64,000 bases of DNA. It comes from a virus. Its lineage: Duplodnaviria; Caudoviricetes. Position 1 is the stretch's first letter, and each line of letters begins with the position of its first letter. Where the stretch lies: IMG/VR virus record IMGVR_UViG_2824993554_000003, positions 36,608 through 100,607 of that record. The stretch is one strand, 5' to 3'. Under the pieces are notes generated by a model. It did not search any database, was not told the DNA's origin, and worked only from the letters and a program-made list of their open reading frames with translations. The translations under genes were made by a program, and so were the position numbers. Shown here in pieces: positions 46,182-55,629 of this stretch.

Positions 46182-46585
46182 TCGTCTCCGAACCTCGCGA
46201 GGATATCGCGGCGTGGGTCGGTGACAAGATCGGAGTTTCGTTCGAACCTCCCTTTACCGCGCTGGCGCATATTGACCGCGGCCGGATCATTGCCGGCTAT
46301 GTCTTCAACGTCTGGACGGAACATGACGTCGAGGTTTCGCTCGCTGCCGATCGGCTTTCCGTCACGCTGATGCGGGAGGCATTCCGGTACGTGGTTGATC
46401 AACTCGGCTGCCGCCGTGCGACGTTCAGGACCCGCGCCGACAACATTCCTGCCCAACGGGCGCTGGAAAGGCTTGGCGCTCGTCTGGAGGGTCGCCAGCG
46501 GGCCTATTTCGGCGACTGTGACGCGCTGCTGTACGGTATCATGAAAGAGGACTTCCCCTATGGTCTCCACACCCAAGGCGCCTAA
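46178..46585 (+). CDS. GNAT-fold virion assembly protein
   Basis: FRYVVDQLGCRR..DNIPAQRALERLGARLEGRQR. Confidence 0.72.
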   Translation: MIVSEPREDIAAWVGDKIGVSFEPPFTALAHIDRGRIIAGYVFNVWTEHDVEVSLAADRLSVTLMREAFRYVVDQLGCRRATFRTRADNIPAQRALERLGARLEGRQRAYFGDCDALLYGIMKEDFPYGLHTQGA

Positions 46586-47561
46586 GGCCCCGGACCCGAC
46601 GCAGACCGCGGCGGCGCAGACAGCGACCAACGTGGACACCGCGATTGCGAACGCTGGGCTGAGCCACACGAACCAGTACACGCCCGACGGCTCGCTGGAA
46701 TACAAGCAGACCGGCAAAAGCACGATGACAGATCAGAACGGCAAGACATACGATCTGCCGGTCTATTCCGCCTATCAGACCTATTCGCCGGAAAATCAGG
46801 CGATCTATAACCAGACGCAGCAAACGCAGCTCGGGCTGGCGAAGCTCGCGAATGAGCAGACGGGCAAAATCTCCGGCATCCTGGGAACCAACGTCGATCT
46901 CAGCTCTGGGAACGTCGACAAATACGTCAACGACCACTGGCAGGGCGGATTCAACAACCAGTGGGACCGAGACCAGGCGAGTTTGGAGCAGAGCCTTGCC
47001 GACAAGGGCATCTCGATGGGCTCGGCCGCATATGACAACTCCATGCGTGATTTTTCGACGCGCAAGCAGGCGGCGGCGGATCAATATCAGGGCGACATGT
47101 ATTCGAATGCGCAGAATTCGATCCTGACCGAGCGCAACCAGCCGCTGAACGAGATTTCGGCGCTGATGTCTGGGTCCCAGGTCAATCAGCCGAATTACGT
47201 CAACTCGCCGACGACGCAACTGCCGACGGTCGACCAGGCGGGGCTGATCAATGAAGGCTTCAATCAGCAGATGGCGGGCTATAACCAGCAGGTTTCACAG
47301 AAGAATGCTGCGATGGGCGGTCTATTCGGTCTCGGCGGATCGCTGCTTGGCGGCTGGGCCATGTCTGATCGCCGGCTGAAGCGCGGCATCTACCAAATCG
47401 GGGTCACAGCGTCCGGCATCCCAATCTACGAATACGAATACGTATGGGGCGGCGGCCGCCAAGTCGGCTTCATGGCCGATGACGTCGAGGCAATTGCTCC
47501 TGACGCTGTTGCTGAAGGTCCGGGCGGCTTCAAGATGGTCAATTACGCGGGGGTTCTGTGA
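46560..47561 (+). CDS. DNA ejection/pilot protein with C-terminal Peptidase_S74-like domain
   Basis: PKAPKAPDP N-terminus, Gln/Asn-rich, GGLFGLGGSLLGG, then SDRRLK...GFMADDVE..PDAV..VNY. Confidence 0.7.
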   Translation: MVSTPKAPKAPDPTQTAAAQTATNVDTAIANAGLSHTNQYTPDGSLEYKQTGKSTMTDQNGKTYDLPVYSAYQTYSPENQAIYNQTQQTQLGLAKLANEQTGKISGILGTNVDLSSGNVDKYVNDHWQGGFNNQWDRDQASLEQSLADKGISMGSAAYDNSMRDFSTRKQAAADQYQGDMYSNAQNSILTERNQPLNEISALMSGSQVNQPNYVNSPTTQLPTVDQAGLINEGFNQQMAGYNQQVSQKNAAMGGLFGLGGSLLGGWAMSDRRLKRGIYQIGVTASGIPIYEYEYVWGGGRQVGFMADDVEAIAPDAVAEGPGGFKMVNYAGVL

Positions 47562-49915
47562 TGGGCTTCATATTCGGCGGGGACACCGGCCAGTCCCAGG
47601 CAGACGTAACCGACGCTCGCAAGCGCCTTGCTGCGGCAATGCTCCAGCAGGGCACGGACACGAGCCCTATCCAGTCGCCTTGGGAAGGCGCCGCGCGCAT
47701 GGCGCAAGCGCTTATGGGTGGTCTCGCCATCCGCAAGCAAGGCGACATGCAGCGCGCCGCCGACGCTCAATACATGTCAGCTATCACCGGGCAGCCTTAC
47801 ACCCCGCCTGAGCAGCCCAAGGGCTTCCTGTCGTCGATCCTCGGCGGCAGCAAGGCAGACAATCCCGGTGCTTCCGGATCGTCTATGCCGAAGGTGGATG
47901 CCGCGGGCAATGTCGCCATGCCGTCCACTGGCGGTCTCCCGAGTTCGTTCCTTGCCGCGGTCGATAAGACGGAAGGGGCAGGAGATTACGACACTCTGTT
48001 CGGACACGCTCAAAAAGATGGCCCTTTTGCTGGCACATCCGTTTCGAGCATGCCGATCAGAGACGTCTTGGCGTTCACCGAACCGAGCGGCCCCTATGCT
48101 CAGTATGTCAAGGGCAAGGTCGGTCGTGTAGCAACTCCAGTCGGGAAATATCAGACAGTCGGCACGACATTGCGTAGCGCAGTGGGTGCCCTTGGCCTTG
48201 ACCCGAATGCGCCGTATGACCGGGCCACTCAAGATCGGGTTGCATCCTATCTCGCTCGCCAGCGCATTGCATCGGCCGATACGCTGCCGGGGAAGATCCA
48301 GGCGCTGCGGGCGGAATGGCAGGGGTTCAAGAACGTTCCCGATGCCGAAATGGCGCAAATCGTGGCCGACCTTCAATCCGGCGCTATGGCACCCATCGAC
48401 GGTCAAGTTGCGAGCGCAGCGCCTGCGCCTCCGCTCCAGCCGCCGCCGGTGAATGCTCAGCCTGCGGCGCCGACGCCCGGTTATGTCGACCCGATGGTAA
48501 CAACGGCCGGCCGCCCGGATGCGCCTCCAGTGCCTACCGCACCCGCTCCCAGCGAAGTCGCAAGCCTTGACCCATCGATCGGCATTCCCATGCCGGGAGC
48601 AGCGGGGCAAATGCGCGCATCCGATCCGGCACAGGTCATGCCGCCACAGGGAGCCCCACAGGCTGCGTTGCCGCCGTTGCCGGCCGCCAACGTAGGCCCG
48701 ACGCCAAATGTCGCTGGTGTGTCGTCTGTACTCGATCCTCAGTTGGCCCGGGCTCTCCGTAATGGCGACCGCTCCGGCGTCGGCATCGGTGGCGATGTTC
48801 CTGGGCCCGGATACTTTCCGCCAGCGCCGACCGACGGCAGCCAGCCCGCGTCCCCGCAGCAGATCGCTCAGGCGCAATCCGTCGGCAATCAGTCGGGGCC
48901 GGCACGTCTCGTCCAGGCATTGGACAGCGCCAATCCTCCGCAGGCACAAAACCCGATGGCGAACCCGCGCGCCCAAGCGCTGGTGAAAGCCATGACGGAT
49001 CCGAATGCATCGCCGCAGATCAAAGCTATGGCCGCGCAGCAGTTGCAGATCCTGACGAAGCCGCCTGAGTATGGGTTTGAGACGCTGCCCGATGGGACTG
49101 TGCTCCGTAGCGACCCGCGCACCGGTACGCTCACGCCCGTTTATCGCTCGGAAATGTCTCAGGCCGATCGGGCAAAGCTTGATTTCGATCGCGAGAAATT
49201 CCGCCAGGAGCAGGCCAACCGCAACACGCCGACGGCAGCCGAGCAGGCAAACATCGATCTTGAGCGGCGGAAAGCCGATTTCGAAAGAAACAAGCCGGTG
49301 GTCGTCCAACCGGGCGAAACGCTCTTCAGCCCAGGTCAGGAGCGCGTCGTCTATCAGGGCACCGGCTACAAGCCGGAAGACGTGTCGAACCTCCGCAAGG
49401 AAATCCAGGGCCTACCGACCTACAAGTCTTATCAGCAGGCTTTGCCGCCCTATCAGTCAATGATCGACACGGCGAAGACGGACTCGAAGGCTTCCGACCT
49501 CAACCTTGTTTACGGCTTGGGCAAGATCATGGATCCGAATTCGGTCGTCCGAGAAGGCGAAATGGTCATGGTCAACAACACTTCGAGCCTGCCTGACTGG
49601 CTGCAGGGCGCTATCAACAGCGTCAACGGTGGGTCTCGTCTCGAGCCGGCAACCCGTACGGCGATCCTCAATGAAGCCCGCAGCCGTATGACGGCTTATC
49701 GCGGAGCGCTGGACAACGACATATCGCAGTATCGTGGCATCATCGGCCGGCGCGGGATGAACGAGGCCGATGTCTTGCCGACGCTCGGGGATATCCCGGA
49801 AGTGCCGAGCCTAATGCCGCCGCCGGCGGCTGACGTCGGTGCGGCGCCAGAAGGGGTCCCGGCCGATGTATGGGGCGCAATGACGCCCGCGGAGCGTAAG
49901 CTATGGCAGAAATGA
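47561..49915 (+). CDS. Ejection protein with lambda-lysozyme-like domain
   Basis: AAVDKTEGAGDYDTLFG..GKYQTVGTT..QDRVA..EWQGF; long Pro/Ala linker. Confidence 0.68.
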   Translation: MGFIFGGDTGQSQADVTDARKRLAAAMLQQGTDTSPIQSPWEGAARMAQALMGGLAIRKQGDMQRAADAQYMSAITGQPYTPPEQPKGFLSSILGGSKADNPGASGSSMPKVDAAGNVAMPSTGGLPSSFLAAVDKTEGAGDYDTLFGHAQKDGPFAGTSVSSMPIRDVLAFTEPSGPYAQYVKGKVGRVATPVGKYQTVGTTLRSAVGALGLDPNAPYDRATQDRVASYLARQRIASADTLPGKIQALRAEWQGFKNVPDAEMAQIVADLQSGAMAPIDGQVASAAPAPPLQPPPVNAQPAAPTPGYVDPMVTTAGRPDAPPVPTAPAPSEVASLDPSIGIPMPGAAGQMRASDPAQVMPPQGAPQAALPPLPAANVGPTPNVAGVSSVLDPQLARALRNGDRSGVGIGGDVPGPGYFPPAPTDGSQPASPQQIAQAQSVGNQSGPARLVQALDSANPPQAQNPMANPRAQALVKAMTDPNASPQIKAMAAQQLQILTKPPEYGFETLPDGTVLRSDPRTGTLTPVYRSEMSQADRAKLDFDREKFRQEQANRNTPTAAEQANIDLERRKADFERNKPVVVQPGETLFSPGQERVVYQGTGYKPEDVSNLRKEIQGLPTYKSYQQALPPYQSMIDTAKTDSKASDLNLVYGLGKIMDPNSVVREGEMVMVNNTSSLPDWLQGAINSVNGGSRLEPATRTAILNEARSRMTAYRGALDNDISQYRGIIGRRGMNEADVLPTLGDIPEVPSLMPPPAADVGAAPEGVPADVWGAMTPAERKLWQK

Positions 49916-51966
49916 CACCTGAACAGCAGCAGGCAATGGCGATTGCCGCGGCGCGTCTGCGTCTGAGCCGAACCCAGCAGACGCAGCAGCCTTCGGCGGT
50001 AGACCCGGCGGCGGCGCCGCCACCTCAGACCGGCGAAGAGCTGCGAGCCCGCATCTATGCTGATCTCGCCGCCAAGCGCGGGGCCACGCAGAAGCAGCCG
50101 GCGGTGGATCGCTATGGACTGCCGGCCGATGACGCCCTTTCAGTCGCCAGGACCGGCGTCGGCGGCCTCATCGAAGGTATTCCGATCGCGGGGCCGATCA
50201 TCCGCGGCGCAACCGAGCGGGCCGCGGCGGCGACACTCGCAGCCTTCTCGGACGAGACCTATGATCAGGTCATGGATCGGGTCCATGAAGCGAACAGAGC
50301 TGAAAAAGCAGCGAACCCAAAAGTCGACAAGGGGGCCCAAATAACTGGAGCCGTTGCCGGGACCATCCCGGCGGTTATGGCCGCCCCCGCTCTATTTGGA
50401 GCGGGCGGCGGCAGCTTGCTCGTCCGTTCGGGCATCTCTGGGGTGACGGGAGCGACAATTGGCGGGGCTGACGCTGGTGTTCGCTCCGGCGGTGACCCGG
50501 AGAAGATATGGGAAGGTATCAAGCTGGGTGGCCTGTTTGGTTTGGGCGGTCCCGTAGCAGGCAAGGTCATTGGGGCTGGAGCCAGATCGATCGTCGACGC
50601 ACTCCGTACTCGTGCCGCAGCGAGAATGGCTGGCATGGACCCGCAGGCGTTCGGCTACTTCCGGCGCGCGGTGACCGACGACGGCCTTGACGCAGTGACG
50701 CTCCCTCAAAAATTGGATGAGATGGGGTCACAGGCTATTCCGGCGGACCTTGGGCCGAACCTCCAGAAGCAGGCCGGTGCACTTGCGGCAACGCCCGGAC
50801 CGGCACAGACGACGATCCGAACCACGCTCGCTGATCGCGCCGCGGGCGCCAACGCCCGAATTGGTCAAACTATCGACGAGACGACGGGCCGGAATATCGT
50901 TCCTTCGGAAGTCCAGGCAGATATCGCCGCAAACCAGAATGCACATTCGCCGCTCTACCGTGAGGCATTCCGCGAGGCCACGCCGTACAATACCGAGCCA
51001 ATTGCATCCGCGATCGAGGCTGACATCAGCCGCCTTCGTGGCCCTGCGCAAGCTCGGCTGCGCCAAGTGCGCGACATGCTGAACATCGCGGACTCCAATG
51101 TTTTGTCTACCGACCCGAACGTCATGTTTCAGACGCGGCAGGCGATCGACGGCCTTTTGAAGACCGAGGTTGATCCGAAGGTGATCTCCGCACTCGTGGA
51201 AGCTCGCCAGATGCTTGACGACGGCCTCACGCGCGCCGTCCCCCGCATCAAGGAGATCGACGCGGGTTACTCCGAGCTTGCCCGCCAGGATGAGGCAGTG
51301 ACACGTGGTCAGCAGGTTTTGGATAGTGGACGGACCGCGCCTAGACCCTCTGAGCTCGCGGGAGAGGTCGAGCTTGGCGCGCAGCCTCAAGGGATGCAGA
51401 TCGGGCCTTCAGCGGTACCGCTGCGGCTGTCTCAGGGTGCCAGGGCCGAGATTGACCGCATAGTCGGCACAAATTCCAACGATATCGTCGCGATGAACCG
51501 GCTGATCAAGGGAGAGGGCGACTGGAACCGGGCGCGTCTCGCAACCCTGTTCGGCCCAGAGAAAGCGGAGCGGCTGTTCAAAGTGCTCGATAACGAGAGC
51601 ATCTATGCCGATACCGCAAAAACTGTGACCCGCAACAGCGAAACCGCTGCGCGCCTTGCAGCTCAGAATGAGTTGGGTGGCAGCGGCGGAAATTTCGGTG
51701 TCAAGGAAGCTTTCAAGGCCGGCGGTTTTCTCGGTGCCGCGCGATCGGCCGCTATCGACAAGGTCGACGGCATCGTGAAGGCGCTGATGTCGAGCAACAC
51801 CGGCAATGCAACGCGCGAAAGCCTGGCCCGGGCTCTTGTCGGGGAGCAGCGTGAAAAGCTGGTCGAAGGGCTGATAAAAGCTCAGGGGATGGGAACGACG
51901 CCCGCGCTAGTCGATCCTGTTGTCAAAGCCCTGCTTATGAACGCCGGAGCCGCGCGGACGCGATGA
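49903..51966 (+). CDS. Large ejection (internal virion) protein
   Basis: 687 aa Ala/Gly-rich with hydrophobic Gly-zipper region; third gene of the ejection trio. Confidence 0.62.
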   Translation: MAEMTPEQQQAMAIAAARLRLSRTQQTQQPSAVDPAAAPPPQTGEELRARIYADLAAKRGATQKQPAVDRYGLPADDALSVARTGVGGLIEGIPIAGPIIRGATERAAAATLAAFSDETYDQVMDRVHEANRAEKAANPKVDKGAQITGAVAGTIPAVMAAPALFGAGGGSLLVRSGISGVTGATIGGADAGVRSGGDPEKIWEGIKLGGLFGLGGPVAGKVIGAGARSIVDALRTRAAARMAGMDPQAFGYFRRAVTDDGLDAVTLPQKLDEMGSQAIPADLGPNLQKQAGALAATPGPAQTTIRTTLADRAAGANARIGQTIDETTGRNIVPSEVQADIAANQNAHSPLYREAFREATPYNTEPIASAIEADISRLRGPAQARLRQVRDMLNIADSNVLSTDPNVMFQTRQAIDGLLKTEVDPKVISALVEARQMLDDGLTRAVPRIKEIDAGYSELARQDEAVTRGQQVLDSGRTAPRPSELAGEVELGAQPQGMQIGPSAVPLRLSQGARAEIDRIVGTNSNDIVAMNRLIKGEGDWNRARLATLFGPEKAERLFKVLDNESIYADTAKTVTRNSETAARLAAQNELGGSGGNFGVKEAFKAGGFLGAARSAAIDKVDGIVKALMSSNTGNATRESLARALVGEQREKLVEGLIKAQGMGTTPALVDPVVKALLMNAGAARTR

Positions 51967-52140
51967 TGGGTCGATCCAGCAAATGGCGAGATATAGCAGA
52001 GCAGCGAAACAGATGCCCAGTACAAATCCCGCGTCGAACGACCCGCCAAGAACGTTTCCAATGCCGTCGACTGCCCAATTGATCCCATAGAGGACCGCGG
52101 TGGTAAGGGCGATACAGGTGATTTGCAGAACTCTCAGCAT
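51907..52140 (-). CDS. Small two-TM membrane protein, antisense moron
   Basis: MLRVLQITCIALTTAVLYGINWAV..FVLGICFAALLYLAICW. Confidence 0.5.
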   Translation of the reverse strand: MLRVLQITCIALTTAVLYGINWAVDGIGNVLGGSFDAGFVLGICFAALLYLAICWIDPSSRPRGSGVHKQGFDNRID

Positions 52141-52166
52141 GCCGCAACCAATACTACACCATGGAC

Positions 52167-52196
52167 GGCCTCGCAATTCGCGAGGCCTTCTCTTTT
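52167..52196 (+). terminator. Intrinsic terminator-like hairpin
   Basis: GGCCTCGC-AATTC-GCGAGGCC-TTCTCTTTT. Confidence 0.6.
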
Positions 52197-52208
52197 CGGA
52201 GAAGGTGA

Positions 52209-53564
52209 ATGCCCAGAAACCCATCCACCGGCGTCTATTCGAAACCCGCCGGCACGTCTCCTTCGATCGGTCAGATTATCGACCCCGTTCCGTGGAACGC
52301 GCTGACAACCGACCTTGGCAACGAAATCACCAATTCGCTGCCGCGGGACGGCTCGGCGCCGATGACTGCGCCGCTCAAGCTGGCAGGCGGTACGGTATCG
52401 GCACCTGGCATCGGTTTCGCCTCGACGCCGCAGACGGGCCTTTATCTCAAGGGCGGTGGCCTGCTTGGCTTTACGCAGAACGGCGTCGACGTCACATTCG
52501 ATAATGATCTGGTTTACGCGACCAAGACTGTTGATTACACGGCACTGGCGGCCGATGACAACGCGGTTCACCGCTTCACGGCAGCCGCCACGCTCACGTT
52601 GACGGCGGCAGCCACGCTCGGTTCTGGCTGGCACTATGTCGTCATTGCGGACGGCGCAGACGTGACGATTGATCCGAGCGGGGCCGAGACGATCGATGGA
52701 GCGGCGACACTTGTCGTTCCGAACGGGTACTCCACGACCATCGTCTGCAGCGGGTCGGCGTTCTTCACCAACAAACTGATGACGAAGATCCTGACAAAGG
52801 CGGACAGCACGGCCGTCGGAAGCTTCATCGACGGCCTTCTGCTTTCAAACAATACCGGTGCACCAACCACTCACGTCGATTTTGCCGCCGGCTCCGCCAG
52901 GGCGGGTTCGAGCTTCGTTTCCAGCGCGGCTTCATTCACAAAGCGGGTGACGGGGACGTGGGCAGTAGGGACCGGCAACGGCGGCCTCGATGCCGGCGCA
53001 GTCGCGGCGAACGCCACCTATTTCGCCTATGCGCTGCGCAAGGATTCAGATTTGAGCTTCGACGTCGTTCTGTCGACCTCAGCGACCATCGGCGGCGTCA
53101 CCACGACCCTGCTCACCGGCTATACCATCGTAAAATGCATCGGGGTGGTGCTGACGGACGCCAGCTCGCTTATCCGGGCCTTCGTGATGTATCCGAAGGA
53201 CGAGTATACCTTCGTGACGCCGGTCAAAGATGCTGTCAGCGCCGCTATCTCTACGACTTCGGCACTCCTGGCGCTGACAGTGCCAAATGGGGTGAAGGTT
53301 AAAGCCAAGTTGCGGATCCAATTTACATCGAGCGCAACAACCAACGCTGCTCTGATCCATGACCCGGCCCAAGGGACGCTGACCGCCGGTATCGGCAATG
53401 ATGGAGGCATCGCGGGCGCGATCCAGGCTGCAAGCAACTATGCCATCGGCTCCGGCGATATCTGGACAAACACAAGTAAGCAGGTCCGGCAAGTATCCGG
53501 TGCAGCCGGCAACATCTGGGTGTGGACCGATGGCTTCCATTTCCCGTGCGGGAGGAACGCATAA
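52209..53564 (+). CDS. Tail fibre / receptor-binding protein
   Basis: MPRNPSTGVYSKP..ITNSLPRDG anchor; C-terminal half homologous to 8306-9448. Confidence 0.8.
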   Translation: MPRNPSTGVYSKPAGTSPSIGQIIDPVPWNALTTDLGNEITNSLPRDGSAPMTAPLKLAGGTVSAPGIGFASTPQTGLYLKGGGLLGFTQNGVDVTFDNDLVYATKTVDYTALAADDNAVHRFTAAATLTLTAAATLGSGWHYVVIADGADVTIDPSGAETIDGAATLVVPNGYSTTIVCSGSAFFTNKLMTKILTKADSTAVGSFIDGLLLSNNTGAPTTHVDFAAGSARAGSSFVSSAASFTKRVTGTWAVGTGNGGLDAGAVAANATYFAYALRKDSDLSFDVVLSTSATIGGVTTTLLTGYTIVKCIGVVLTDASSLIRAFVMYPKDEYTFVTPVKDAVSAAISTTSALLALTVPNGVKVKAKLRIQFTSSATTNAALIHDPAQGTLTAGIGNDGGIAGAIQAASNYAIGSGDIWTNTSKQVRQVSGAAGNIWVWTDGFHFPCGRNA

Positions 53565-53920
53565 TGCCTTTTGTTTCACGATCTGACGACGGCGCGATCG
53601 ACGGCCTGTTCGAGCAGTTGCAGGAGGGCAGGGCAGAAGAGTACCTGGCTGCCGATGATCCCGCCATTGTCGCGCATGCGAACGCTTTGCCCAAGGTGTC
53701 CTCGGTCTCGGCGCGACAGTTCCGCCTGATGCTACGGCGTTCCGGTCTGCTCGACCAGGTCAAGGCCTGGGTGGCGCAGCAAGATGGAGAAACTCAGGAT
53801 GCCTTCGAGTACAGCGGCACCTTCGTCAAAGACAGCCCGATGATGGCGGCCGGCTTTGCGGCGATGGGCTTCACGTCGCAGCAGATCGAAGCATTCTTTG
53901 CTGCCGCTGCCTCTCTCTAA
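53564..53920 (+). CDS. Tail fibre-associated/assembly protein
   Basis: TAATG overlap; paralogue of 9448-9804. Confidence 0.65.
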   Translation: MPFVSRSDDGAIDGLFEQLQEGRAEEYLAADDPAIVAHANALPKVSSVSARQFRLMLRRSGLLDQVKAWVAQQDGETQDAFEYSGTFVKDSPMMAAGFAAMGFTSQQIEAFFAAAASL

Positions 53921-54131
53921 ACCGTCAGGGGATCAAATAGCCGGCGTGTATTCCGTAGCGAATAACCATCAAAAAAGCGCCGCCGATACCGACGGCGAGC
54001 AAAATCGCTTTACGTGTTTCGTCCTGAATCAATTTTAGTCTCCGTAAAAAAACGAGGAAGTAGGACTTCCGGGTGTTTTGGCAATGAACTTCTTTCGAGT
54101 TTGGGCGCGGGGCTTAAATGGGGGTGAGGGT

Positions 54132-54569
54132 ATGAGCAAGTCAATTCTCCGCTACGTGGCCTGCCTTCCGGTCAATCTCATCTTCGTCGGACTGGCCTAT
54201 CTGCTCTCGCCGTTCCTGGCTGCATGGTCGATGAAGCACGGGCCGGTTCTCCCGGGACGGTGGCGGTGGTTCTCGACGCTGAACGCCGACCTGGACGGCT
54301 ATATCCCGCAAAAGGTCGCGGGTTTCGATCCCGGTGCTAAGGGCTTGAAACTCTGGTGGCAGCGGACTCGCTGGACGTGGCGAAATCCATGCAACGGGTG
54401 GCAATCCGAAGCGCTGGGCATTGCTGACATCGACGACGCCTTCACGGTCAAGCGCGACGTTCCGCTGGCATTCGGCTTCCATCTCAAGGTCTGGCTTGGC
54501 TGGAACCCGGTCAAGCGGGGCGGGAACTACTACCCTTATATGCTGCAGATATCCCCGAAACGGGGCTGA
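54132..54569 (+). CDS. Trp-rich membrane-anchored hypothetical protein
   Basis: N-terminal TM; LPGRWRWFST..DLDG..WWQRTRWTWRNP. Confidence 0.65.
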   Translation: MSKSILRYVACLPVNLIFVGLAYLLSPFLAAWSMKHGPVLPGRWRWFSTLNADLDGYIPQKVAGFDPGAKGLKLWWQRTRWTWRNPCNGWQSEALGIADIDDAFTVKRDVPLAFGFHLKVWLGWNPVKRGGNYYPYMLQISPKRG

Positions 54570-54596
54570 ACCTCTTCCACAATCCGGAGCCTATCC

Positions 54597-54794
54597 ATGC
54601 TCGTCCCTAACTGGCGGCGCGTTCTCGCGCGCTCCCTGTCGCTTTGGTGCGTCTATTTCGCGGGGGCCTTCGAACTGGCCCCGTACATCGTCCCGTATCT
54701 CGACGGCTACATCCCGCCGTGGCTGTCGATCGTCCTCCTCCTGCTTTCCGTCCCGGCTCGGGTAATCGATCAGAGGCTTTCCGATGGCAAATAG
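54597..54794 (+). CDS. Holin-like protein
   Basis: MLVPNWRRVLARSLSLW; two TM; overlaps the endolysin. Confidence 0.7.
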   Translation: MLVPNWRRVLARSLSLWCVYFAGAFELAPYIVPYLDGYIPPWLSIVLLLLSVPARVIDQRLSDGK

Positions 54795-55248
54795 AATGAA
54801 AAAGGGTAGCGCGGTTGCTGCCATGGCCGTGGCGCTTGTCGGTTCTTTCGAAGGGCTCCGGCAAAACGCCTATCCCGATCCGGCAACGCAGGGACAGCCG
54901 TGGACGATCTGCTATGGCAGCACCAACGGCGTGAAGCCGGGAGACTACAAGACCGTCGAGCAGTGCAAGGCGCTTCTGTCGCTCGAACTGCAGAAGTACG
55001 CCGCCGGCATTGACCATTGTGTCACGGTCCCGCTGCCAGATGCTCGCTTCGTCGCTCTCACGTCATTCGGATTTAATGTTGGAGTGAAGGCGGCGTGCGG
55101 CTCTAGTGTCGTCAAACTGATCAACCAGGGCAAGACGGCCGAGGGCTGCGAAGCCTTGTTGAGATGGAATAAGGCCGCCGGCATCACCTTCCCGGGCCTG
55201 ACCCGTCGCCGGCAGAAGGAACGCCAGTTCTGCCTGGAGGGCATCTGA
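54784..55248 (+). CDS. Endolysin, GH24 lysozyme
   Basis: Near-identical to 11119-11583. Confidence 0.93.
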   Translation: MANRMKKGSAVAAMAVALVGSFEGLRQNAYPDPATQGQPWTICYGSTNGVKPGDYKTVEQCKALLSLELQKYAAGIDHCVTVPLPDARFVALTSFGFNVGVKAACGSSVVKLINQGKTAEGCEALLRWNKAAGITFPGLTRRRQKERQFCLEGI

Positions 55249-55592
55249 TGCTCTCCATCATCCCCGACTTCATCAAGCTGCCGGCCGCTCTCGCCCTCGG
55301 CGCTCTCGTCGCCTTCTACCCGGCCCGCTGGCTTGGTCAGTCCGAGGGCAAGCAAATGGCTGCGACAGCCGCCCTCACCAAATCCGTCCAGGTTCTGCGC
55401 GAAAGGAACACGATCGATGACGAAGTTTCCACTTCTGATGCTGCCGCTTTGTGCGCTGATCTCGGGCTGCCAGACGACCAGCAAGCAGAATGTGTGCGAC
55501 GGGTTCTCTCGCCTGACGCCGAGCCTGCACACGTCAGTGACCATCCTGAAGACCGATCGGCCGTTCGCAAACCAGATTGCCAGCCACAATAG
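55248..55592 (+). CDS. i-spanin-like protein
   Basis: TGATG overlap, N-terminal TM. Confidence 0.65.
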   Translation: MLSIIPDFIKLPAALALGALVAFYPARWLGQSEGKQMAATAALTKSVQVLRERNTIDDEVSTSDAAALCADLGLPDDQQAECVRRVLSPDAEPAHVSDHPEDRSAVRKPDCQPQ

Positions 55593-55623
55593 GTTCGGCG
55601 CCTCTCAAGGCTGCTGGGAGTAA
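55417..55623 (+). CDS. o-spanin-like lipoprotein
   Basis: AAGGA RBS; MTKFPLLMLPLCALISG-C lipobox; overlaps the i-spanin out of frame. Confidence 0.7.
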   Translation: MTKFPLLMLPLCALISGCQTTSKQNVCDGFSRLTPSLHTSVTILKTDRPFANQIASHNRFGASQGCWE

Positions 55624-55629
55624 TCGCCC

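Noticed and set aside
8306-53920. Diversity-generating retroelement or invertible fibre switch suggested by the duplicated fibre ends
   Set aside because: No reverse transcriptase or invertase; both copies are full genes in direct orientation; differences are not adenine-specific
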